Positions 46,652 through 54,930 of a DNA stretch of 64,000 bases are shown in pieces; within the stretch, counting starts at the first letter, position 1, and every line of letters starts with the position of its first letter. Source of the stretch: Poseidonia sp. (GTDB lineage: Archaea > Thermoplasmatota > Poseidoniia > Poseidoniales > Poseidoniaceae). The stretch is from contig JBMYQB010000001.1 in NCBI GenBank assembly GCA_049600935.1, positions 14,095 to 78,094 of the forward strand, given 5' to 3'. Under the pieces are notes generated by a model, which worked only from the letters and a program-made list of their open reading frames with translations, was not told the DNA's origin and ran no database searches. Position numbers and translations under genes: made by a program.

Positions 46652-47634
46652 GCAAGCGCGTTGTTGTCACCGGTGGCGCTGGCTTTCTGGGTGCCGCTTT
46701 GGTCAAGCATTTGTTGACGGAGGGGCATCAGGTGGCCGTTCTGGATAATTTTTGGCGCGGCAAACGCGCCAACCTCGCAGGCCATGAAGGCAACACGTCC
46801 CTGTTTGTTATCGAAGGCGACGTGACCGTTTCAGCGGACCTTGACCGCTGCGCAGCCGCCCTTGGCGGGGTTGACCTCATCCATCACATGGCTGCTGTCA
46901 ACGGGACTCGTTGGTTTGATGAAGCCCCGCTAAAGGTGATTGATGTCAACATCAACGGAACGTTGGCGGTGCTCAAGAAAGCGGTAGAATGGGGTGCAAG
47001 GACGGTCTTGGCATCCTCTCCAGAAGCCTTTGGGGAAAACGAGACCATGCCGCTACGAGCTGAAGACCAGAGTCGTTTTCCAGCCGCTGCCCAACACCAG
47101 CGTTTTTCCTACGGGGCGAGCAAATACCTCGACGAGGTGGCCCTGCAACACGCCGTTCGCCACGGCTTGGACGGTCGTATCGTTCGCCCGTTCAACGCCT
47201 ATGGAGCGGGCATGATGGGCGATGAATACGGCCAGGTGGTCGGTATGTTCTTCCACGCCATCATGCATCAGGAAGCCATGAAGGTCCACGGCGATGGACG
47301 TCAAACACGAAGCATGACCTACATCGACGACGTGGTTGAGGGATTCTATCTTGCGGGCGAACTGGATGTCGGGGTTGATGGCTCGGCCCTCGCAGGAGCA
47401 TCGTTCAACATCGGTTCCCAAGAAGAGGTGAGCATGCGTTCGCTCGCTGAGGCCGTCAACCAAACGGTGGGCACGATGGCGGTTGACATGGTCATCGGGG
47501 GAGGCTACCCCGGAGATTCGCAGCGGCGGTTGCCCGACATCTCAACAGCGACCACGGCTCTTGGATGGACGCCCAAGGTCTCACTTGAGCAGGGCTTGGC
47601 TTTGACGTGGAAGAACCTTCAGACTGGCCCGTAG
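46648..47634 (+). CDS. NAD-dependent nucleotide-sugar epimerase/dehydratase (extended SDR)
   Basis: VVVTGGAGFLGAALVKHLL. Catalytic YGASK. The start ATG overlaps the upstream stop (ATGA, 4-nt overlap). Confidence 0.85.
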   Translation: MSKRVVVTGGAGFLGAALVKHLLTEGHQVAVLDNFWRGKRANLAGHEGNTSLFVIEGDVTVSADLDRCAAALGGVDLIHHMAAVNGTRWFDEAPLKVIDVNINGTLAVLKKAVEWGARTVLASSPEAFGENETMPLRAEDQSRFPAAAQHQRFSYGASKYLDEVALQHAVRHGLDGRIVRPFNAYGAGMMGDEYGQVVGMFFHAIMHQEAMKVHGDGRQTRSMTYIDDVVEGFYLAGELDVGVDGSALAGASFNIGSQEEVSMRSLAEAVNQTVGTMAVDMVIGGGYPGDSQRRLPDISTATTALGWTPKVSLEQGLALTWKNLQTGP

Positions 47635-48428
47635 TGCTTCTCGACGCGTTGCGTCCAACCTTGAGGCGAGGGAGTCATGTCGTCCCTGCCGTGCTGACAC
47701 AGTACGTCCAAGCCTCCTGCTGGCGTGGTTGAAGACGAAAACCACACGGCGTCCACCCGAAGCACCACGAGGGTCGCCACCGCATCAGGAAGAGCATGCT
47801 CTTCGACAAACGATCCTTCGATAGCCGCCACAGCCTCTTGCAGGAGAAGCGGTTGGTCGTCCACGTTTTCAAGGGGCATGAGGCTGCCTTCGTCCTCGCC
47901 TTTGGGCAGCGGCGTGGCCGTTTCGTCCACGATGCTTGCGCCGCGGGGCGTGGGCGGCATCACGTTGAGCATGACCTTGGAACCTTCACGCAGATTCTGC
48001 AGGGTGTCCCGTGGCCGCTTGTCCTTGTGGATGGAGAGGGAGGCCGTGAGGTAGGGGGGAGCGGTGGAAACTTGCATGACCGAAGAGAGGGGGGCAAAGT
48101 TTCGCTCGCCCTTGGGACTCATGGTGCCTGCGATGACGACAGGACGAGGAGAAAGGACGCTGTTGAGCCAAATACTACGCTCGACGTGTTCCATTTCGTC
48201 AACGGGCAATCGATGAACCGGAGCCGATGCCTCGTCGTTTCCGGTGAACCATCGGTCGAGTGTACCATTGGCGATTTCTTCGAGGGCATGTTCGTTGAAT
48301 TCGATGTAGGATTCCCACTTTTCGATCTCCCCTTCTTCACCTCGGGCTCGCTTGCGTTCAATGGAGGCCTGCGCATACACGTTGCATTTGCGCAGGAATT
48401 CAGCAACAGCGGTTCGGTCATCGCTCAT
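47619..48428 (-). CDS. Flavin reductase-like (FMN-binding split-barrel) domain protein with an ~80-aa N-terminal extension
   Basis: RPVVIAGTMSPKGERNFAPLSSVMQVSTAPPYLTASL...RDTLQNLREGSKVMLNV resembles flavin reductase domain openings. Confidence 0.5.
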   Translation of the reverse strand: MSDDRTAVAEFLRKCNVYAQASIERKRARGEEGEIEKWESYIEFNEHALEEIANGTLDRWFTGNDEASAPVHRLPVDEMEHVERSIWLNSVLSPRPVVIAGTMSPKGERNFAPLSSVMQVSTAPPYLTASLSIHKDKRPRDTLQNLREGSKVMLNVMPPTPRGASIVDETATPLPKGEDEGSLMPLENVDDQPLLLQEAVAAIEGSFVEEHALPDAVATLVVLRVDAVWFSSSTTPAGGLDVLCQHGRDDMTPSPQGWTQRVEKHYGPV

Positions 48429-48934
48429 GTGTCGGCCTCCCGTTGTTGTTCGTAGGCCTCTCTGGTCATGAGGAAAACGGCGGGGTTTCCCGCCCAGACT
48501 TCACCGGCAGGCAAGGGTTTGGTCAACACCGCACCGGCGGCCAACACTGCCCGCTCTCCGATGTTGTTGCCAGGTATGACGGTGGCGTTGCCTCCGATGA
48601 CGGCATGGTTGCCGACCTCGACCGGTTTCCATTTCGCTCGGTTGTTTGAGGGCGGGTATTTGTCGTTCAAGAGCACAGCAGAGGGGCCGATGAAGACGCC
48701 CTCACCGAGGATGCATTCGTCTGCAATGTAGGCGCTGCCCTGTATTTTGCAGGCTTTCCCCATTTCCACTCGCTGACCGATGTGGGCCAGTGCGCCAATG
48801 GAACAACCCGGTCCAATCTTTGCCTCTTTTCCGATATGGCAGGGCCACCACGCTACGCTATCACCTTCAAGGTCAATCCGCTGACCGGTGAGAGGGTGTT
48901 CCTCCATGCACGTCGCCTCACTCGCCGAGGCCAA
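48425..48934 (-). CDS. Left-handed beta-helix (hexapeptide repeat) acyl/acetyltransferase
   Basis: Hexapeptide runs IGPGCSIGALAHIGQRVEMGKACKIQGSAYI...VGNHAVIGGNATVIPGNNIGERAVLAAGAVL. An alternative ATG start at 48907 would remove the 17-nt overlap with bcp. Confidence 0.8.
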   Translation of the reverse strand: MASASEATCMEEHPLTGQRIDLEGDSVAWWPCHIGKEAKIGPGCSIGALAHIGQRVEMGKACKIQGSAYIADECILGEGVFIGPSAVLLNDKYPPSNNRAKWKPVEVGNHAVIGGNATVIPGNNIGERAVLAAGAVLTKPLPAGEVWAGNPAVFLMTREAYEQQREADT

Positions 48935-49403
48935 GTTCTCGCATCAACATGCCAACGTGGCCTTTGGCCTTGACGTTGTAGCGGCACCATCCAACGGTCC
49001 CGTCGGGTTGGATCACAAAGGTCGAGCGAGCACATCCCATGTATTCTCGTCCGTAATTCATCTTGAGTCGCCACGTGCCAAAGGCGTGGTGCAGAGTCAG
49101 GTCCTCATCGACGAGCAGTGGGAAGTTGAGTTCTTGCTTCTCTACAAAGCGCTGGTGGGATTTACCAGAGTCCTTTGAGACGCCAAGGACAACGTAATCC
49201 TCGCCGTTTAAACGGCCCATGTTGTCTCGAAAATCACAAGCTTGGGTGGTGCAACCCGGTGTTGAGTCCTTCGGGTAGAAGTACAGAATCACCGATTTAC
49301 CCTTGTCAAGGTAGTGTTGCAGGGTGTGCTGTTCTCCGTTTTCGTCCACGGCCGAGAAGGCCGGTGCTTCGTCGCCTGGCTTGAGTTCTACTGCATCGCT
49401 CAT
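48918..49403 (-). CDS. bcp: Thiol peroxidase / peroxiredoxin (Bcp type)
   Basis: ILYFYPKDSTPGCTTQACDFRD with the peroxidatic Cys in the PxxxTxxC context. 161 aa. Confidence 0.9.
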   Translation of the reverse strand: MSDAVELKPGDEAPAFSAVDENGEQHTLQHYLDKGKSVILYFYPKDSTPGCTTQACDFRDNMGRLNGEDYVVLGVSKDSGKSHQRFVEKQELNFPLLVDEDLTLHHAFGTWRLKMNYGREYMGCARSTFVIQPDGTVGWCRYNVKAKGHVGMLMRELGLGE

Positions 49404-49505
49404 GGATTCTTCTCGGATGGTCGCCTCTAAAGGAATTGCTTTGCAAAATGATACACTTTTTGGGTGTTTTTCACCAGTTTAGGCCTTTCATGCGTCGTTT
49501 ATGCA

Positions 49506-49567
49506 CTTTGAATAATTTAGCCCGCACCTTGGGTATTTCAACCCTGAACCACCGATTCTTTGAATAA
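49506..49567 (+). promoter_or_regulatory. AT-rich divergent promoter region with a 10-nt direct repeat CTTTGAATAA (49506..49515 and 49558..49567)
   Basis: The second copy is centred about 27 nt upstream of the ATG at 49590, which is the spacing of an archaeal TATA element for a leaderless transcript. The repeat spacing is 52 nt. Confidence 0.4.
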
Positions 49568-49589
49568 CTGGCAGAGCACAGAGTGACCC

Positions 49590-50027
49590 ATGGTCGGTGC
49601 GCGAATGTCTCGTAAGGCGCGTCGTCATTTCAAAAAAATACAGCGAGCAGAGAGCAAATACACGCTCCAGGAAATCGCAAGCGCCATCCAAACCGACCTC
49701 GACAAGCGACACTTGAGCTACGACGAGGCGCTCATGCTGGGCAACATGATACAAAACCGTGCGGATCAAGTGCCGGGCGACTCCATCGTCTACGCCATTT
49801 CCGACCGTGACGCCTATCGCCGCACGCTGGAATTGTATCTTCGAGATGCCTTGCTCACCCGAACAGAACAACTTCTCCTGTGGGAAGAGCGTCGCCGACT
49901 CGGCATTTCCGATGCCGAACACGAGGCCCTGCTCAATCAACTGCTCGCTCAATGGCAACGACAGGGCAAGTCCGTCACCATTGACCGATTCAAGAAGCCA
50001 GAGAAAGGAGGTGCGGAACCTGTCTAA
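49590..50027 (+). CDS. Small basic helical protein with an HTH-like segment, first gene of the archaellum-associated gene string
   Basis: MSRKARRHFKKIQRAESKYTLQEIASAIQTDLDKRHLS has a basic arm plus an HTH-like xTLQEIAxxI pattern. Its 3' end overlaps the next gene by 17 nt. Confidence 0.55.
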   Translation: MVGARMSRKARRHFKKIQRAESKYTLQEIASAIQTDLDKRHLSYDEALMLGNMIQNRADQVPGDSIVYAISDRDAYRRTLELYLRDALLTRTEQLLLWEERRRLGISDAEHEALLNQLLAQWQRQGKSVTIDRFKKPEKGGAEPV

Positions 50028-53000
50028 GCCCACCGTCCCCCTTGCCTTGGTCGCCCTGATGTTGGTTGCAAGCCTCACACCCCTTGCCGTGGCCGACAGC
50101 GGGCGCTCAACCCCCGATTTCGTCGTGACGTCCTTCACGCTTGGCGATGCGGGTTCCATGAACCTCGGTGCAGGAATTGAGGTCGAGGACGCCACCCACA
50201 TCGTTCGGGTTCAGGTGCAGAACATCGGACTCGCTGCAGGCCAGGCCAGCCTCACCCTTCTCCTCCAAGGAACCTCTTCGTCAGGCGATGTGGTTTTGGA
50301 CAGCACCGACCTTGGTGTGATTGGTGCAGGCCAATCAAGTGCGGTCACGGTCTTTTCCTGGTCTGCAACGCTCGGCAACAATCAGATTCTCAAAGCTCGC
50401 ATCACCTCAACCACGGACATCAACACCAACAACAACGAAGACCAACTCATCGTCAACGTGAGCCGCTACCAAGACAGTGCAGTATCGAGCCACGACCTTC
50501 CCGTGCCTTCTGGTGGTGGAAGCAGCGTGGTATGGTCGCCTATCGTACACGATTTCACCGTCAACGTCGTCAATACGGGCGTGAAGAATCAATCCGCTCA
50601 ATTCTGGCTGAACTTTACCGAAGTCGGCAACCCAAGCAACACGTTCTCGCAACAATCGGAAATTGTCAGCGTCGTCCGTCCGGGCTCGTTGCATGCTGGT
50701 GGCGCGACTCCGTATCCCGTGGAAATGGAATTTGATGCCACGTCCATCGCTGGTCAGTGGGACGTCATCGGCGAGATGCACGTTGAGGGCATTGCTTCTT
50801 GGGCAGACAGCATAGAATTCCTCAACCAAACGGTGGTCTTTTCATCGTTTGATTTTGAACTGACGGCCGCTCACGACCGCAGCGTTGAACCCGGGCAAAC
50901 CACGCAACTGACCTTCTCTGTCAAAAACACAGGTGTAAGCGTTGACAGCTACAACATCGCTGCATCGAGCGCTTCGGGTTGGATCACGAGCGTCAGCCCA
51001 ACGACAACAACTCCGACGGCGATGCCAGGAAGCACGGAGTACGTGTTTGTCGCCGTCACGGTGCCCGCAACGGCTCAGCGAGATGACGCCGATTTGATCA
51101 CCTTCACCCTGACATCTTCCAGCGACAGCCTCATCACCAGGACCGTTTCAACCGCTGTCCTTGCTGGCGAATCGTACAACGTCAGCATCGTCATGGACAG
51201 TGATATCAAAGACCTCACGCCAGGTCAAGCCTTCCCGCTTCAGGTCAACATCACCAACGACGGCAACGCCGATTCGGTGTTCCTGCTCTCCGGTGGCATC
51301 TCTTCAAACCCTCTCAACTGGGACCTGGAATTCTCAAGCGCTTACACGGGCATCCTTGAACCCGGTGAATCCGTCAACGTGACGCTCACGGTTACACCTC
51401 CCGTCATCAAGAACCCGCTCGTTGAAGCAGAATCCAACGGACACGGGGATACGCTTTCCGTTTGGGCCCAAGCCGTCTCGGCTGATGGGGGCGTACCCAA
51501 GGTGGATTCAACGCCGGTTCAAATTCTTCCCGTGATCGTGGTCGACCCCGGCCTGCCTACGAACGTCATCGACATGACGGTGGAACAAGTTCAGCAGGCT
51601 CAACTCGGTCAAGGCCTCCAAGAAATTCTCGATTTGGAGGTTGAGGTCCGGCACAACTTGGCAACAGAACTCAGCGAAACAGTGGACACCACGCTCACAC
51701 TCGGTACGCCCGTGTTCACCTCAGATTCCTCAGGAGGCTTTGACGAAGCCAACCGTTGGGCCATTGGATTGACGCCTTCGTTTATTCCTGACATGACCTT
51801 GGGCGAAACCAGTCAAGCCGTGATGACCATTCAGGGTCCGGCCGACAATTATTCCGTGGCCGGTTCCTTGAGCATCCCTCTCACGGCCACGCCCACGCTC
51901 GGCGCAGCACACACCAGTTCCAACGTGATTCCAACGGCCATCACGCAATCCCTCGTGATCAACGTCCCTCCGGTGTTGGATGCTGTGGGTCATAACGGGA
52001 CGATACTCGATGCGATGGTCGGAGAGAAAACAGATTTCGAGATCGACATTGCCAACACCGGCAACAACATGACCTCGTACCGTCTTTCGTTGACCGACGG
52101 CGTCCCCGACGGATGGGATGTTTCGTTCTCAACCTCCAGCATCATGCCGTCGACGACGGTCATCGATGTCCCTGCAGATGTTGCCAACCACCCGTCGAAT
52201 GAAACGGACCACATCGTGAAATTCCCGCTTTCGGTCACCACCGACCCCATGGCTCCTGCAAACAGCATTGAAACCATCACCATCGAAGTTCGGGAGATGA
52301 GCACGGGAATTTACATCACCACCTTTGATGTCCCTGTCAAGGTCGGCGAGAAGGTCAATGCGTCGGTTTCTCCAACGAGCCAGACGGTGAATTTGTCCAT
52401 CGGCGACACCATCACCACCAGCATCATCATCAGCAACGATGGAAATACACCAGCGCTCTTCGGCGTCTATCTCGACACCTCAAACGCAGGCGAAATTGAC
52501 TTCACGCTCGAGACCCCAACCGTTGTACAAATCGGCGCGGGCTACGAATCCACCGTCCGCGTTCGCATGACGCCCACAGCCGACGCTCTTGCCGCTGCCA
52601 ATTACTATGCTACGGTTTGGGTGTCCAACGCCGATTCGGGACTCAATCTCTCTGCCAACATCCTTGGAAATATCAGTGAACAACACGGCATGGTTTTGAG
52701 CTCACTTGACGAGATTGGGGTCGTTCCAGGGGAATCGCAAACGGTGGATTTCTCCCTCGTCAACAACGGCAATCTTGTTGAAAACGTCGTCATCGAAACG
52801 AGCGTTGCGGATAATTGGAGCGTCACCCCAGCAAGTATTCCACTCACCCTCGACGTGGGTGAGACCTACTCGAGCACGTTTGATGTGGACGTTCCCTCGC
52901 TTGGCGACGATGACAGTATGCTGAACGGGGCCATCTATCCTGTCACCATGCGCGTCCTCAACGCCACGACACAGGATGAATTGGAAGTGCACCGCTTCAA

Positions 53001-54930
53001 CCTCATCGTTGCACCGCTGTTCATCGTCGAGGTCGAGGATTGGCCGAGTTCCATGGATTATCACCGCGGCATCAGCAGGGACTGGGACGTCCGCCTCATC
53101 AACACCGGGAACAAGGACGTGGAAGTCAACATCAACTACACGCTCCTTCAAGGCGGGCTGACCACGCCCAGTACGGATTGGGAAATCTCAAACGATGCTC
53201 CGTCGACCTTGTTGTTGCGAAGAGGCATTCCAGAAGACCTGACCTTTACCGTCAGAAGCGTGGCTATCGAACCACCGTTGACGTTGGTCGCCAACCTCGT
53301 GGTCACCCTTGAGCCTGTGGAAGAAGCCGTTCAGGGAAGTGCAGAGTACTACACTGACTTGCGAATGAACCGATTCTTTGAGCAAGGCGATACGGCGGTC
53401 TCACCACCAGCCGATAACGGGGCCCAAACCTTCCCCATCACCTATTCCCACATCCCGGTTGGACCTGAAAGCGCTGTGGCCTATGAACTGGAACTTTGTC
53501 GTGCCGAGCGACTGTTGGATGTTGGCGATTTGGGCCAAAACGCCTCGTTCTACGAGTGGTCGTTTGCTGTTCGGGTTGACAACACCGACTACCCCCTCAA
53601 CATGTCCGCCTATTGCGGTTCCACCTCCCTTGGAGCTGACTCGAGAATCACGCTTCCAAGTCGACAACCGTGGGTCACCAGCGATCCAATTCAGTTGATC
53701 ATTGACGCACCCAACACGCCCTACATCCTGTCCGGTGACGGTTGGGACCTAACCTTCCGTTTGTATCACCCCGATGAAAACATCGGCTACACCGTTTACG
53801 AAGAGGACACGTTCACCTACCAACTGGCCGTCTTTGCCAATCCGGCAATTATTGCCCAAGGCCCTGCCGAACCCGACGCCTTCCTCGAAGGCGTGGACAC
53901 CACCTACACCGTGACCGTTCAGAACCTCGGCACGGCCCAAGCACTCGGTGTATCGGCAGCGCTGGATTGCCACGGTGATGTTGACATTCTTTCAACACCT
54001 GAGATGCATCCATTACTCGCCTCAACCGAATCGCACACCTTCACGTGGGATGTCCGACCGAAGACCATCGACTGGTGGGAAGTTGACAAGGACATTCTGT
54101 GCGATGCTTCGCTGTCCTACCTCTACGTTGGCCCGGGCAATGACGAAAGCAACGATAACTCTGCGAGCCTCCGTGAATCAGGTCAAGAACTGGGCGTCGA
54201 GACGGTACAGTCCTGGTCGCCCGACCTTTCCATTGCGTTCATTGCTTGTGTGGTTGCCGCCCTCCTTTCGTTTATCTTTGTCCGCTTGGCCAGCCAGTCC
54301 GAAAAGTGGCAACTCGGCGGTGTGTATGCTGGTGTTCTCGCCTTCGGATTTGCTTTCCATCTGTTCACCGTCCAATATTGGGGTCCCGCCGTACTTACAC
54401 TCTGTGGCCTGTGGATTTGGCGCATGACGTGGAAGAGCAGCGACGAGTTCCGCCTGATACACGAGGATTACCAGCGGGCTCGAAAGGGCGTTTCAACCGT
54501 GTATTCCGACCATTTCGAAGCCCTGAAGGACAGTCGTCGACAGCTGACCATCATTCTGTCCATCCCCGTTTTGGGCATGCTGGCCATCGTACTCGGGCTT
54601 CCTCCGCAACTTTCCACCGACACCGACAACCTCGTGGCCATGGTCTCGTATTTCCTTATCATCATGATTGGCGTATGGTTCCTGCTGAAGCGGTCGGACA
54701 AGATGTACGGAAACCTCTACGGTCGCATGACGGATGCAGAAATCAAGTCGATTCGCATCGAGCGAGACCTTGGTGATCCTGCCCGTCTGTTGAACGACCT
54801 CGCCGATGACGGCCTTGACTTTACAGCGATTCTGGGTGAGGATGCACCTGAACCAGCGGAAGAACCCGCAAAGGCGCCAGCGGGTGACCTTGATTTCTCA
54901 ACAACCTCGGAGGTGGAAAGCGATGTCTGA
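50011..54930 (+). CDS. Giant (~1,640 aa) surface protein with about nine CARDB/NEW3-like beta-sandwich modules and a C-terminal five-helix membrane domain (COG1470-like)
   Basis: GTG at 50011 is preceded by AGGAG and gives the signal VRNLSKPTVPLALVALMLVASLTPLAVADSG. Recurrent (V/I)xNxGN modules (VKNTGVSVDSY, ITNDGNADSVF, IANTGNNMTSYRLSL..VPDGWDVSFS, ISNDGNTPALF, LVNNGNLVENV, LINTGNKDVEV, VQNLGTAQAL). Five hydrophobic helices between about 54225 and 54700. Confidence 0.8.
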   Translation: MRNLSKPTVPLALVALMLVASLTPLAVADSGRSTPDFVVTSFTLGDAGSMNLGAGIEVEDATHIVRVQVQNIGLAAGQASLTLLLQGTSSSGDVVLDSTDLGVIGAGQSSAVTVFSWSATLGNNQILKARITSTTDINTNNNEDQLIVNVSRYQDSAVSSHDLPVPSGGGSSVVWSPIVHDFTVNVVNTGVKNQSAQFWLNFTEVGNPSNTFSQQSEIVSVVRPGSLHAGGATPYPVEMEFDATSIAGQWDVIGEMHVEGIASWADSIEFLNQTVVFSSFDFELTAAHDRSVEPGQTTQLTFSVKNTGVSVDSYNIAASSASGWITSVSPTTTTPTAMPGSTEYVFVAVTVPATAQRDDADLITFTLTSSSDSLITRTVSTAVLAGESYNVSIVMDSDIKDLTPGQAFPLQVNITNDGNADSVFLLSGGISSNPLNWDLEFSSAYTGILEPGESVNVTLTVTPPVIKNPLVEAESNGHGDTLSVWAQAVSADGGVPKVDSTPVQILPVIVVDPGLPTNVIDMTVEQVQQAQLGQGLQEILDLEVEVRHNLATELSETVDTTLTLGTPVFTSDSSGGFDEANRWAIGLTPSFIPDMTLGETSQAVMTIQGPADNYSVAGSLSIPLTATPTLGAAHTSSNVIPTAITQSLVINVPPVLDAVGHNGTILDAMVGEKTDFEIDIANTGNNMTSYRLSLTDGVPDGWDVSFSTSSIMPSTTVIDVPADVANHPSNETDHIVKFPLSVTTDPMAPANSIETITIEVREMSTGIYITTFDVPVKVGEKVNASVSPTSQTVNLSIGDTITTSIIISNDGNTPALFGVYLDTSNAGEIDFTLETPTVVQIGAGYESTVRVRMTPTADALAAANYYATVWVSNADSGLNLSANILGNISEQHGMVLSSLDEIGVVPGESQTVDFSLVNNGNLVENVVIETSVADNWSVTPASIPLTLDVGETYSSTFDVDVPSLGDDDSMLNGAIYPVTMRVLNATTQDELEVHRFNLIVAPLFIVEVEDWPSSMDYHRGISRDWDVRLINTGNKDVEVNINYTLLQGGLTTPSTDWEISNDAPSTLLLRRGIPEDLTFTVRSVAIEPPLTLVANLVVTLEPVEEAVQGSAEYYTDLRMNRFFEQGDTAVSPPADNGAQTFPITYSHIPVGPESAVAYELELCRAERLLDVGDLGQNASFYEWSFAVRVDNTDYPLNMSAYCGSTSLGADSRITLPSRQPWVTSDPIQLIIDAPNTPYILSGDGWDLTFRLYHPDENIGYTVYEEDTFTYQLAVFANPAIIAQGPAEPDAFLEGVDTTYTVTVQNLGTAQALGVSAALDCHGDVDILSTPEMHPLLASTESHTFTWDVRPKTIDWWEVDKDILCDASLSYLYVGPGNDESNDNSASLRESGQELGVETVQSWSPDLSIAFIACVVAALLSFIFVRLASQSEKWQLGGVYAGVLAFGFAFHLFTVQYWGPAVLTLCGLWIWRMTWKSSDEFRLIHEDYQRARKGVSTVYSDHFEALKDSRRQLTIILSIPVLGMLAIVLGLPPQLSTDTDNLVAMVSYFLIIMIGVWFLLKRSDKMYGNLYGRMTDAEIKSIRIERDLGDPARLLNDLADDGLDFTAILGEDAPEPAEEPAKAPAGDLDFSTTSEVESDV

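Noticed and set aside
49759-50010. Upstream extension of the giant NEW3 ORF (listed start 49759), and likewise the extensions 54806..54922, 55867..55914, 56526..56552, 57865..57996, 58511..58651 and 63014..63406.
   Set aside because: These extensions overlap the preceding, better-supported genes in another frame and encode Arg/Cys/Pro-rich junk. Internal starts give canonical signal peptides, archaellin leaders or FlaF/G helices and tight operon spacing.
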